DNA of 64,000 bases, from contig CAVVNQ010000015.1 of the NCBI GenBank assembly GCA_963749705.1, positions 1-64,000 on the forward strand, written 5' to 3'. Positions 49,027 to 59,053 of this stretch are shown here, piece after piece. How positions within the stretch are numbered: position 1 is the stretch's first letter; each line of letters starts with the position of its first letter. Below the pieces are notes generated by a model. That model was not told where the DNA came from and did not search any database. It saw only the letters and a list, made by a program, of their open reading frames with translations. The position numbers and the translations under genes are program-made. Origin of the DNA: an uncultured Chloroflexia bacterium. Its GTDB lineage: Bacteria; Chloroflexota; Limnocylindria; Limnocylindrales; CSP1-4.

Positions 49027-49977
49027 GTGTCCCGACCCGTCCCGCGCCTCGCCCCGAACCTGGTCGTCGTGGCGTCGCTGCTCTACTGCGGCGCGGCGTT
49101 CGGTGGCTCGTTCCTGTTCATGCGGCTGGCCGCGCCGGAGCTGCCCCCGATGATCGTGGCCTTCGGGCGGGTCCTCATCGCCGCGCTGATCCTGGTGCCG
49201 TTCGCGGGCCGGGCGCGCCTCCGGGCGATGCGCGACGGCTGGCGCGACTACGTGATCGTCGGGCTGTTCATGGCCGCCGCGCCGTTCGTGCTGTTCGCCT
49301 ACGCGGAGCGCTCGATCACCGCCGGGCTGGGGGCGATCATCAACGCGACGACCCCGCTGTGGACCGCGATCATCCTCGTGATCTGGCTGCGCCAGACGCC
49401 GACCGCCCGCCGCATCGGCGCCGTAATCATCGGCTTCGGCGGGGTCGGCACGATCGTCGGACTCGAGGGCCTGCAGCTCGCCCCGGACGCGTTCCTGGGC
49501 GTTGTCGCCGCCCTCGTCGCCGCGTCCTGCTACGGAATCGCGCTGACGTACATCCGGCGCCGGATGGGGCCGCAGCCGCCGATCCAGCTTGCGACGGGGC
49601 AGCTGATCGCCGCCGCCGTGATGCTGCTGCCGTTCGCCGCCGTCACCGCCGGCGAGGCATCGTTCACGACTGAGGCCGTGCTCGCGATGCTGGGCATCGC
49701 CGTGCTGTCGACCGCGATCGCGTGGCCGATCCTGTTCGGCCTCAACCGCGACGTCGGCCCGATGGCGACGAGCACGGTCACGTTTCTCAACCCGGTGTTC
49801 GGGGCGTTGTGGGGCGCGCTGTTCCTGGCCGAGACCATCTCGCCCACGTTCCTCGTGGGATCGCTGCTGGTGTTCGTGTCGCTCGCGCTGATCCTCGACG
49901 TTCGGCCCGCTGCGATGCTGCGGCGGTTGCGCAGGCCGGCCCCAGCGTCGGCGGTCCCGGTGCGATCGGAGGATTGA
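49027..49977 (+). CDS. DMT/EamA-family transporter
   Basis: 10 TMs, GGSFLFM, NATTPLWT. Confidence 0.9.
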   Translation: MSRPVPRLAPNLVVVASLLYCGAAFGGSFLFMRLAAPELPPMIVAFGRVLIAALILVPFAGRARLRAMRDGWRDYVIVGLFMAAAPFVLFAYAERSITAGLGAIINATTPLWTAIILVIWLRQTPTARRIGAVIIGFGGVGTIVGLEGLQLAPDAFLGVVAALVAASCYGIALTYIRRRMGPQPPIQLATGQLIAAAVMLLPFAAVTAGEASFTTEAVLAMLGIAVLSTAIAWPILFGLNRDVGPMATSTVTFLNPVFGALWGALFLAETISPTFLVGSLLVFVSLALILDVRPAAMLRRLRRPAPASAVPVRSED

Positions 49978-49981
49978 CCCG

Positions 49982-50004
49982 AACGGGCACGCGGGTTGCC
50001 CGAT
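49982..50004. promoter_or_regulatory. Palindrome AACGGGCA-n7-TGCCCGAT, matching the operator candidate at 3304-3327
   Basis: Read directly. Confidence 0.5.
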
Positions 50005-50085
50005 CGTCCGCCCGGCATCCCGTCGTCAGCCGCCCCGGCGCGGGCCACGATCTACGGATGGAAGTGGGCTCAGGGACCACCGGTC

Positions 50086-52848
50086 ATGCCTGATCGAGCC
50101 CAGCTGGCTGAACGCGAGCAGCTCGAGGCCCTGCGGCGATGGTCGCGTGCCGCGGGCGTCGACGCTGCGGTGCCGGTGGCTGACGAGGCTGCGCTCGTCC
50201 GGGAGGCGGCGCTGGCACCCCCCATCGCGGACGCCCAGGGCGTCGCGCGCGCAGGCATCGCGGGCATGCCGCGCGGAATGAGCCCCGCGATGCTGATGTC
50301 GATGCAGCGGTTCGCGGGCAACCGGGCGACGGTGCAGGCAGTCGGGCTGTTCCAGAAATCGGGATCCGCCGGGACGAAGAAGCCCGAGGAAGAGAAGGAA
50401 CCGCTCGAGGAGGATGCCTCGGCGGGACCCGAGACGGCGGGACCCGAGGCCAAGCCGCCCAAGGAGACCAGCGCGGCTGCGGGTCCGCCCGACGGAGGGG
50501 GCCCGCCGGGCGGGAGTGCTCCGCCGCCGGCCGGAGGCGCCACCGGAGGCGCCACCGGCGGCGCATCGGGAGGAGCCGGGAGCCCGGGCGGTCCCGGCAA
50601 TTCGGGCAGCAGCAAGTCGGGCACGGAGCCGACCGTCAAGCCGCCCGCGCTCGAGCCGGAGATCGCCGGCAGCGCCAAGTCCGGCACCGAGCCCACCACC
50701 AAGCCGGGCCCGATCGGCGGGACGCTCGGCGGGGCGGCGGGCGCGGCAATCGGGGCGGGAGATGCCAAGTCCGGCAAGGAGCCGCCGGCCAAGCCGGCCG
50801 ATGTCGCGGGCGTTGCCGGGGGTGCGCTCGAGCCGAAGATCGCCGCCAGCGCCAAGTCCGGCACCGAGCCCACCACCAAGCCGGGCCCGATCGGCGGGAC
50901 GCTCGGCGGGTCGGCGGGCGCGGCAATCGGGGCGGGAGATGCCAAGTCCGGCAAGGAGCCGCCGGCCAAGCCCGATGCGACGGCCGGCCTCACGCCGGGG
51001 GCCAAGCCCACCGGCACGGCCGGGGCGGGCGGCGGCGGCACCACCCCCGGCGGCGGCGGTCACGTCGTCCCGCCCGGCCCGACGGGCACCGCTGGTCCGA
51101 CCGCTCCGCCGGCCTCCGTCCCGCTCGGGCCCCACGGGTTGCCCGACCCGGAGACCGCGAAGTCGGGCATCGACTGGAACCAGATCCTGAGCGATTACGG
51201 GCCGCCGGTGCGCACCGTGCTCGAGGTCGGGCGCCTGATCCCGGGCTGGGGGTTGCTGGCGGGCTTCGGCGCGGACGCGCTCAACTTCCAGAGCGACCTC
51301 GCGTCGATCCCCAAGTCGGAGAACTCGGATCTCGCGACGGGCCTGATCGTGTTCCGCAACTTCGTCAACATCGGCAACAACGGGCTCGGCCACATCCTGT
51401 ACGTGAACCAGCTGATCCAGGACGGTCTCGCGGGCTCCGTCGTGGGCGCCGAGTTCACGCCGCTCACGGCGGCCGCGAACGAGGTCCTGAGCGGCGTCAA
51501 GGTCGGCCTCGACGAGGTCCAGATGGGGACCGACATCGTCATCGAGGTCGAGGCCCTCTACGAATCGAACCACGCCCCGACCTCCGCCGAAGCGGAGCAG
51601 TGGAAGCAGCTCGCCGACGGCTACGCCGCGAACCTCCTGGGTGACGTCGTGAACATCACCCTCGACATCATCAGCCTGGCCAGCGCCGGCGCTGCGAACA
51701 CCGCTCCAGTGCAGCAGGCGAGGGAGCCGCTGTCGCTCGCGGGCGCGTTCATGAAGAGCGCCGTGCCGAACATCATCGGCGGCCTCAACGGCGTCATCGG
51801 CGTGTGGCTCGGCAACCTGATGACCGCCGGCCGGCACGCGTACGAAGGGTCGCCGACGGAGCTGCGCGAGCAGGCGCTCATCTACGACATGGCGGGCGGG
51901 TTCGTCGATCACGAGGCGGGCCAGGCACGCATGACGTACTCCGCAGTCGATGCCGTCATCGGCGCGTTCGAGGCATATGCGGACCAGCAGATCGAGCAAC
52001 TCAATGCCGTCGCCGGGGCGCTGTCGGGCGGCAAGACGGCGTTCCAGCTCATCCGCGACGCCGTCCAGTCGGGCCTCGAGGACATGCACACCAAGCTGTC
52101 GATGGTCGAGCAGCTCGCCTCGCTCGCGTCGAACGCCCAGACCAACGCCGCGGCCATCTCGGATGCATGCGACACCATCCTGGGTGCGCTCGACAGCCTC
52201 GTCATCCCCAGCTACACGCTGCCCCAGGTGGAGCTCGGGGACAGCGTCCTGGCCGACGCGACCGAGTATCTCGCGAACCAGGCCACCGCTGCCGCCAATG
52301 CCCTCATCCGGCGCACGGTCGCGAACGTCCAGTCGCGCATCGACGGGGTCAAGGACGAGGTGCGCGGACCGGTCGAGGCCGCGCAGCAGAAGGCCGACAA
52401 CCTCGGCGAATGGCTGGCGCTGCTGGCCACCGAGAGCGCGGCCATGGCCGGCACCCTCAACGGCTACATCGTCAAGTTCAGCGAGGGGCTCGGGAGGTGC
52501 ACCAGCGCCGAGCAGGTGATGGACCTGATCATCGGCCAGATCAGCGACCTGACCGGGATGCCGAAGTTCACCGTCCAGGACATGCGCGACGGCTGGCACA
52601 GCATCGGGACCTACATCGACGGGTACGTCGCGCTTGGCCAGAGCCTCCACCAGCGGGCCACCGACCTGCGCCAGCATGCCGATGCGCGCGAATCCGGCAT
52701 CGACGCCGGCCCCGACTTCGCCCCGCCGCCGCCGCTCCTGCCGCCCGGATCGGGGACCGGGGCCGGCGCGCCGGGCGGTGGCACGCCGGGTGGTGGGGCG
52801 CCCGGCGGTGGGCAGCCTCCCGCCCAGCCGGAGACGGCCGTCGCATAG
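50086..52848 (+). CDS. Large (about 920 aa) hypothetical protein: QRxAGNRA motif, Gly/Pro-rich repeats, helical C-terminal region; CIS effector-like
   Basis: LMSMQRFAGNRATVQ; internal duplication of about 150 bp at a 177-bp period (about 50647-50975); hydrophobic segment LIPGWGLLAGFGA. Confidence 0.65.
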   Translation: MPDRAQLAEREQLEALRRWSRAAGVDAAVPVADEAALVREAALAPPIADAQGVARAGIAGMPRGMSPAMLMSMQRFAGNRATVQAVGLFQKSGSAGTKKPEEEKEPLEEDASAGPETAGPEAKPPKETSAAAGPPDGGGPPGGSAPPPAGGATGGATGGASGGAGSPGGPGNSGSSKSGTEPTVKPPALEPEIAGSAKSGTEPTTKPGPIGGTLGGAAGAAIGAGDAKSGKEPPAKPADVAGVAGGALEPKIAASAKSGTEPTTKPGPIGGTLGGSAGAAIGAGDAKSGKEPPAKPDATAGLTPGAKPTGTAGAGGGGTTPGGGGHVVPPGPTGTAGPTAPPASVPLGPHGLPDPETAKSGIDWNQILSDYGPPVRTVLEVGRLIPGWGLLAGFGADALNFQSDLASIPKSENSDLATGLIVFRNFVNIGNNGLGHILYVNQLIQDGLAGSVVGAEFTPLTAAANEVLSGVKVGLDEVQMGTDIVIEVEALYESNHAPTSAEAEQWKQLADGYAANLLGDVVNITLDIISLASAGAANTAPVQQAREPLSLAGAFMKSAVPNIIGGLNGVIGVWLGNLMTAGRHAYEGSPTELREQALIYDMAGGFVDHEAGQARMTYSAVDAVIGAFEAYADQQIEQLNAVAGALSGGKTAFQLIRDAVQSGLEDMHTKLSMVEQLASLASNAQTNAAAISDACDTILGALDSLVIPSYTLPQVELGDSVLADATEYLANQATAAANALIRRTVANVQSRIDGVKDEVRGPVEAAQQKADNLGEWLALLATESAAMAGTLNGYIVKFSEGLGRCTSAEQVMDLIIGQISDLTGMPKFTVQDMRDGWHSIGTYIDGYVALGQSLHQRATDLRQHADARESGIDAGPDFAPPPPLLPPGSGTGAGAPGGGTPGGGAPGGGQPPAQPETAVA

Positions 52849-52886
52849 CGATCCGCGGGCAACGCGGACCATGTCGTCAGCCGCCG

Positions 52887-53021
52887 TCAGCGGTTGTCGA
52901 GCTCGTCCGACTCGCACATCGCGTCCTCGTTGATCGCTGCGTCGCACTCCTGGCAGATCGGCGGATCCCAGCCGCCGACCTCGGGCAGGTCCGTGCGCCC
53001 GCAGGTGGAGCACACGAACAT
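52887..53021 (-). CDS. Small zinc-finger protein (CxxC-x15-CxxC)
   Basis: MFVCSTCG..ICQECD; start may lie further upstream. Confidence 0.5.
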   Translation of the reverse strand: MFVCSTCGRTDLPEVGGWDPPICQECDAAINEDAMCESDELDNR

Positions 53022-53242
53022 CGGCGTGTCGTCCTGGGTTTGCGCCCCGGCCCATGCCTCCGGGCCTGCGTTTGCCCCGACCTTCGCCGGCCACGATCCG
53101 CGCGTTGCTCGCCTCAACCAGTGCGTCGCCGAGTCCTCCGTTCGTCGCCGGTCGCGTCGTCGCGCGCCGCGCATACGGCGTCGGTCGCCGTCGCCAATCG
53201 GCGATCGCCCGACCTCGTGTCCGCGGCGGCCACCTGCTGCGA

Positions 53243-53465
53243 TTCTGCCAACCACCGCCGGTGGCGGTGATAGTCGGGACTCTGACAGCTGTCGACCGGA
53301 GTCTGGCTCGATCGCGCGGGATCCGCCGCGCGGTTCACGCACGTTTTGTGCCGCCCCACGGCCCCAGGACGGATTGCCCAACATCGTGGTGGGGCCCGAC
53401 CCGGACTATCACCGGCACGCGCGGTGGCTGACACGACTTTGCGGCGATTCTCCGGTTAGCACCGC
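53243..53465 (+). repeat. Structured repeat family A, copy 3
   Basis: CGGTGATAGTC..GACTATCACCG arms; tail TGACACGACTTTGCGGCGATTCTCCGGTTAGCACCGC. Confidence 0.7.
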
Positions 53466-53536
53466 GTACGGCGGTGCCTGGCATATGTGCTGCGGGATGG
53501 CTGCGTGTTCGGGGCAAGGGCCGCCGTCCGCAACGG

Positions 53537-53662
53537 GGCACCGCCGTCCGCGATGAGTGTCGCCGCATCGCGATGAGCACGGGTTCATCGGCAACCGGGG
53601 TGATGTCCGAAGACATTGCCGCGGCGGCGATGCGCGGACGCTCATCGGGGACGGAGGTGGTT
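53537..53662. repeat. Repeat family B pair 3
   Basis: CCGTCCGCGATGAGTGTCGCCGCATCGC..GCGATGCGCGGACGCTCATCGGGGACGGAGGTGGTT. Confidence 0.7.
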
Positions 53663-53691
53663 GTAAGCGGGCGCAGGCACCGGGCGTGACC

Positions 53692-56193
53692 CTACGCCTT
53701 GATCCGGTGCCGGTCCGGGTCGTACATCGGGCGGAGCGAGGCACGCGCGGGGTATCGCACCCCGGCGATGTCGATCTCGAACCGTCCGTGCTCGATCGCG
53801 TCGCGCGGCAAACCGGCCGGATCCTCGAGCATCGCCAGGCCAACCGCGCCGCCCAGGGTGTGGCCGTATGCCCCGGCCCGGACGACGCCGACGACGCGAT
53901 CGTGGAGCAACACGGGCTCACCGCCGTACAGCAGCGGCTCGGCGTCCTCGACCAGCACCTGGACGAGCCGGCGCCTGGGCGGCCCGGCAACGGCACGCGC
54001 CGCGAGCAGCGCGTCGCGCCCCACGAACCCACCCGGCTTGTCCCAGGCGACGGTGAACCCCAGCCCGGTGTCGAGCGGGGTGTCGGTGTTGTCGATGTCC
54101 AGCGCGTAGTCGCGGTAGGCCTTCTCCAGGCGCAGGCTGCCCAGCGCCCCCATCCCGACGTTCCGGTACCCGAGGTCCTCGCCGGCCTCCATCAGCTGGT
54201 CGTACGCGGTGAGCGCCAGCTCGGCCGGGACGTGGAGCTCCCAGCCCAGCTCGCCCACGTAGGTGACCCGCATCGCGAGCACCCGCCCGTACCCGAGGTC
54301 GATCTCCCGTGCGGTCAGGTACGGGAACGCCTCGTTGGACAGGTCGGCGCCGGAGAGTCGTGCCAGCAGCTGCCGCGACCGTGGACCCTGGACGCTGAGC
54401 AGGGTGGTCCCGGAGGTGACGTCGGTGACGGTGACGAGGGCATCGTCCGGCGCATGCCGCTCGATCCAGGGCGCGATCCGGCGGTGGATGAGGTCGGTGA
54501 CGACGACAAGGAACCGCTCCTCAGCCAGCCGCGTGACGGTCAGATCGGCCTCGATCCCGCCTGCCACGTTGAGCCACGGGGTATAGACGATGCGCCCGAT
54601 GGGCACGGACACGTCGTTGGCGGACACGAGGTTGAGGACGCGCTCGGCGTCCCGGCCCTGGACGATGAACTTGGCCATCAGCGACATGTCGAGCATCCCG
54701 ACGGCGTCGCGAACGGCGTGATGCTCGGCCGCCTGGAGCGGGAACGACGCATCCCGGCCCCATCCGTGGGCGATCCGCGGCTCCGGGCCGGGCTCCGCGA
54801 ACCACTCCGCGTACTCCCAGCCCGACGAGGGTGCGAAGTGCGCGCCGGCCGCGGCGAGCCGGTCGTGGATGACCGAGCGCCGGATGTTGCGGGCGGTCCG
54901 CGGATGGGCGTTCGGGAATGCGACATCGCCGAACAGGTCGCCCAGCAACTCCACGGTCCGCTCGGCGCGGAAGCGACGGCTCGTCTCGTAGGTCTGGGTC
55001 CGATCCACGGCCATCCCGGTGACGTCGGCCTGCGGCACGCCGTCCGCGATCCATTGCGCCATCAGGCTGCCGACGCCGCCGCTGAGGATGATCCCCAGCG
55101 AGTTCATGCCCGCCGCAACGAAGTAGCCACGCAGCTCCGGGGACTCGCCCAGCTGGGGCATGTTGTCCGCGGTGAACGACTCCGGCCCGCAGAACATCGT
55201 CCGGACCCGAGCGTCGTGGAGCGAGGGGAACCGGTCCATCGCGCGGGTGAGGAACGGGCCGATCCGGTCCCAGTCCGGTGGCAGGCTGGCGAACGCGATG
55301 TCCGCCGGGACGCCGTCCAGCGACCACGGGGCAGCGGTCGGCTCGAACAGCCCGACCAGGATGCCGCCGCCCTCCTCGCGGTAGTAGCCGTACCGGTCCG
55401 GCTCCTCGACGATCGGCAGGTCGGGGTGGGCCCAGTCCACGGTGTCGGTGATCAGGTAGTAGTGCTCGGCGGCCTGGAGGGGTACCGACACCCCGCTCAT
55501 CGCGCCCAGCTCGCGCGCCCACATCCCGGCGGCGTTGACGACGTGCTCGGTGCGGATCGTGCCGCGGTCGGTGACGACGCCGGTCACCCGCCCGCGCGCC
55601 GACGTGACGCCGGTCGCCGCGACGTGCTCGAAGATCCGGGCGCCGCCCATGCGCGCGCCCCGCGCGTAGGCCATCGTGAGGTCCGCGGGGTTCACCCGGC
55701 CCTCGTCGGCCACGTAGAACGCGGCGAGGACGTCGTCGGTCCGCGCCGCCGGCCACAGCTTCCCGAACTCCGATGCCGAGATCTCCTGGTCATCGACGCC
55801 GTGCGCCCGGGCAAACGCCGCTTCGCGACGCAGGCCCTCGAGCCGCTGCGGGTTGGTGGCGAGGTGGAGGTGGCCGATCGGACGCCACCCGGTTGCCTGG
55901 CCCGTCTCCTGCTCCAGCGACATGCACAGCTCGCGCGTGTAGCGGGCCGCCCACAGCAGCGTCTCGTGCGCCATCCCGGCCGACGTGATGAGGCCAGCCG
56001 CATGCCATGTGGTGCCCGACGTCAGCTGGCGCCGCTCCAGCAGGACGACATCGCGCCAGCCCAGCTTGGTCAGGTGGTACGCGATGCTCGCGCCGATCAC
56101 GCCGCCACCGATGATCACGACCTGCGCCTGATCCGGGAGTTCGCCCGAGCGTCCGCCCGTCGCCGCCTGTGCTGCCGATCCCTGTTCCGTCAC
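53692..56193 (-). CDS. GcvT-family FAD/folate-dependent dehydrogenase (sarcosine/dimethylglycine dehydrogenase-like)
   Basis: GGGVIG, SGTTWHAAG, YVGELGWELH, LRLEK; GGAGG RBS before GTG. Confidence 0.92.
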   Translation of the reverse strand: MTEQGSAAQAATGGRSGELPDQAQVVIIGGGVIGASIAYHLTKLGWRDVVLLERRQLTSGTTWHAAGLITSAGMAHETLLWAARYTRELCMSLEQETGQATGWRPIGHLHLATNPQRLEGLRREAAFARAHGVDDQEISASEFGKLWPAARTDDVLAAFYVADEGRVNPADLTMAYARGARMGGARIFEHVAATGVTSARGRVTGVVTDRGTIRTEHVVNAAGMWARELGAMSGVSVPLQAAEHYYLITDTVDWAHPDLPIVEEPDRYGYYREEGGGILVGLFEPTAAPWSLDGVPADIAFASLPPDWDRIGPFLTRAMDRFPSLHDARVRTMFCGPESFTADNMPQLGESPELRGYFVAAGMNSLGIILSGGVGSLMAQWIADGVPQADVTGMAVDRTQTYETSRRFRAERTVELLGDLFGDVAFPNAHPRTARNIRRSVIHDRLAAAGAHFAPSSGWEYAEWFAEPGPEPRIAHGWGRDASFPLQAAEHHAVRDAVGMLDMSLMAKFIVQGRDAERVLNLVSANDVSVPIGRIVYTPWLNVAGGIEADLTVTRLAEERFLVVVTDLIHRRIAPWIERHAPDDALVTVTDVTSGTTLLSVQGPRSRQLLARLSGADLSNEAFPYLTAREIDLGYGRVLAMRVTYVGELGWELHVPAELALTAYDQLMEAGEDLGYRNVGMGALGSLRLEKAYRDYALDIDNTDTPLDTGLGFTVAWDKPGGFVGRDALLAARAVAGPPRRRLVQVLVEDAEPLLYGGEPVLLHDRVVGVVRAGAYGHTLGGAVGLAMLEDPAGLPRDAIEHGRFEIDIAGVRYPARASLRPMYDPDRHRIKA

Positions 56194-56436
56194 CGCGACC
56201 GCCTCCGGTCTGCTGCGTGCTTCGATCCCGCCGGGGCGCTGGGGGCCGAATCCGTATGACCGATCGTAGCCCGTGGCGCCGCCGCCGCCGGTGCCGTTGC
56301 GCGAGCCGACGTCGCGGATGGCGACCGGATGGTCCTGTCGCGGGGGTGACGTTTGGTCAGGTTCGGGGCCCGGCAGGGCGGTCGTATACAGATGCTCCAC
56401 GTATGGGGGTACCGCGCGAGGGAATTCCGGGGACCC

Positions 56437-58188
56437 ATGTCGAGTGACCAGTTCGAGGCCGGGACCGTCACGCCGGCCGACCCATCGAGCGCAGATTCGC
56501 TACGCCTCGTCCGGCTGCGCCTGTACCTCACGATTGCGGCGTCCGGCATCCTGCCGATGGCCCTGGGCTCGCCCCTGATCAGGGTGCTCACCGGCGGCGC
56601 GGGCGGGATCCAGCCCATCCACATCGTGGCCCTGGTCGCGCTCGGTGCGTTCCTGGTGGTCCTGATCCGCTGGATGACCGGCGAGATCCTGCTGCCCGCC
56701 GCGGAGCTCGAGGCATCGCGCACGGAGCTCCATCGCGCCTACCGCGAGGCCCGCGAGCACGCGCTCATCGACGGCCTCACCGGGCTCGGCAACCACCGCG
56801 CGTTCCAGGAGGAGTTCAAGGCGCTGCTCGACCAGGCGCAGCGATACCGGCACGACCTGTCGCTGGTCCTGCTCGACCTCGACGAGTTCAAGCTCGTCAA
56901 CGACAGCCAGGGGCACGGGGTCGGCGACACGGTGCTGGCGGAGGTCGGGCGGCTGCTCCGCCAGCAGACCCGGCTGGCCGACCGCGCGTTCCGGATCGGT
57001 GGTGACGAGTTCGCGCTCCTGCTGCCGCACACCGGTTCCGCGGGTGCCGCGCAGCTGGCGAGGCGAGTCCTCGCGGCGGGCCTCGAGGTCCGGCCCAACG
57101 CCGAATACCCGCGCCCGATCTCGTTCTCGGCCGGGGTGGCAACGTGCCCCGCCCACGCCAGCACGCGGGAGCAGCTGCGCCTGTATGCCGACTCTGCGAT
57201 GTACCGAGGCAAGCGCGCGGGCCGGACGACCGTGACCATCGTCGACCCGGCCCTCGACGGCGAGCAGGTCGACGAGCAGAAGCGAACAGAGCTGTCGCAG
57301 GCGCTGGGGCAGGTCATCGCCGACCGTGCGCTGCGACCCGTGTACCAGCCCATCGTCCACCTCGACACCGGTCGGATCATCGGCTACGAAGGGCTGATCC
57401 GCCCCGCAACCACCACCCCGTTCACCAATCCCGGCGCACTGTTCGCGGCGGCCGAGATCAGCGGCCACACCGTGGACCTCGACGTGGCCTGCCTCGCCGT
57501 CGTGCTCGCCGGAGCCCGCGCGATCCCGGATCCGCTGCTGATCACGATCAACGTCTCGCCGCGCACGCTGGAGGCCCCCGAGTTCGGCGCCGCCCGGCTG
57601 CTGCGCATGGTCGCGACCGCGGGCCTACCGACCGACCGGGTCATCCTCGAGGTCACCGAGCGAGACGTCATCCACGACATTCCGCGCGTGCTCGCGGCGC
57701 TCGACGGGTGTCGCGCGGGCGGCATCCGGATCGCCGCGGACGATGTCGGGGCCGGGAACGCCGGGCTGCGGCTGCTCAGCCAGTTCCGCTTCGACGTGGT
57801 CAAGATCGACCTGTCGCTCGTCCAGGCGGGCACCGGCCAGGAGACGGTTCGCAGCGTGCTCGGCTCGCTGGTGGACCTGGCCAGGCGCTGGGACGCGCTG
57901 GTCGTGGCCGAAGGCGTCGAGACGCCGGCTCAGCTGGCCCTCACCCGGGAGCTCGCGATCGGGGCCGGCCAGGGGTACCTGCTGGGTCGACCCGGCACGG
58001 ACGTCAACCTCGAGACGGTGGACGTCGAGGCGCTGCTGCAGCCATCGACGAACCCGTACGTCCGGCTCGGCCTGGAGGGCTTCACGGTCGAGGGCGGCGC
58101 TGACGGCGGGGCCGGCGCCTCGGGGTGGCAGCTGCCGGGTTCGACGTGGCCGGGCACGCCATCGAGAGCACCGGTGGCAGGCTCGTAG
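56437..58188 (+). CDS. Membrane-anchored GGDEF-EAL diguanylate cyclase/phosphodiesterase
   Basis: 2 TMs; DGLTGL.N, RxxD I-site, GGDEF; YQPI..EGLIR, DDVGAG, KID, EGVE. Confidence 0.93.
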   Translation: MSSDQFEAGTVTPADPSSADSLRLVRLRLYLTIAASGILPMALGSPLIRVLTGGAGGIQPIHIVALVALGAFLVVLIRWMTGEILLPAAELEASRTELHRAYREAREHALIDGLTGLGNHRAFQEEFKALLDQAQRYRHDLSLVLLDLDEFKLVNDSQGHGVGDTVLAEVGRLLRQQTRLADRAFRIGGDEFALLLPHTGSAGAAQLARRVLAAGLEVRPNAEYPRPISFSAGVATCPAHASTREQLRLYADSAMYRGKRAGRTTVTIVDPALDGEQVDEQKRTELSQALGQVIADRALRPVYQPIVHLDTGRIIGYEGLIRPATTTPFTNPGALFAAAEISGHTVDLDVACLAVVLAGARAIPDPLLITINVSPRTLEAPEFGAARLLRMVATAGLPTDRVILEVTERDVIHDIPRVLAALDGCRAGGIRIAADDVGAGNAGLRLLSQFRFDVVKIDLSLVQAGTGQETVRSVLGSLVDLARRWDALVVAEGVETPAQLALTRELAIGAGQGYLLGRPGTDVNLETVDVEALLQPSTNPYVRLGLEGFTVEGGADGGAGASGWQLPGSTWPGTPSRAPVAGS

Positions 58189-58313
58189 CCTCCTCGCCCT
58201 GACCGTCGACCGCGGGCTGCCGGCCGCCTGCCGCCGTCGGCCGGCGGCTCCGTCCCGTGGTTCCCGTACAAAGGTCCCTTGTCCCGCGGCCAGCGGCCCT
58301 CAATTCTCCGTGC

Positions 58314-58859
58314 ATGGCCCTGCAAGACCCTCGGATGCACGTCGAGGAGCCGGTCCGGCGCGAGCTCGCGTGGCTGGTCCTTCGCGGGATCGCCCTGGTC
58401 GCGGTCATCGCGATGCTGGCCGTGCTGCCCGTCGTGATGTCGCTCGACGTCCCCACCCGCGACGAGATCGCCACCGCAGCCCCGACCGTGCTCCTCGCCT
58501 ACGCGCTCGCGTCGAACGCGCTCCGCCTGGTCCGCGGCCGCTCGACCCCCGACGAACGGCTGACGGCATGGGCACGCGCGCGCGAGGTCGATGCGGACGA
58601 TGCGCTGCTGGGTCGCATGGTGGCGCTGTGGGTGCCGATCGGGCTGCTGGCGGCGCTGAGCCTCCTGGTCTGGCCGCACATCACGGACCCCAACCCGGCC
58701 CTGGCGTGTGCCTGGGTCGTGCTCGGCCTGCCGCCGATCGCGGTGGCCTGGGCGTTCGCGAGCACCTCGTGGCTCGATGCGTGTCGCGACGCGCTGGCCC
58801 ACGCCGAGGACGAATCGACCGCGCGGTTCCGCCGCTACTGGGCAAACCCGGGTCGCTGA
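58314..58859 (+). CDS. Hypothetical 4-TM membrane protein
   Basis: Hydrophobic helices in an otherwise unexplained gap. Confidence 0.6.
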   Translation: MALQDPRMHVEEPVRRELAWLVLRGIALVAVIAMLAVLPVVMSLDVPTRDEIATAAPTVLLAYALASNALRLVRGRSTPDERLTAWARAREVDADDALLGRMVALWVPIGLLAALSLLVWPHITDPNPALACAWVVLGLPPIAVAWAFASTSWLDACRDALAHAEDESTARFRRYWANPGR

Positions 58860-59053
58860 GCACCCGCGGCGCCGGGTTCCCCGCGCTCCGCGGCCCCGAG
58901 AACGCCCGCGCCGCCCGCGGGGAGCGCCAGCGCCCCCGGCGGGAACACCCGCGCCGCCCGCGGGGAGCGCCCGCCCCGCGGCCCCGCAGCGGCAGACGGC
59001 ATACGATCGGGTCGTGCGATACGAGACGACTGTTTGACCGGGGGACCCGCCGC

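Noticed and set aside
50026-53094. 1022-aa minus-strand ORF and other long shadow ORFs (22415-24829, 53557-56259, 60006-62327)
   Set aside because: Antisense or alternate-frame artefacts of high GC overlapping better-supported genes.
56194-56436. c-di-GMP or glycine riboswitch between the gcvT-like and GGDEF-EAL genes
   Set aside because: No recognisable consensus elements seen.
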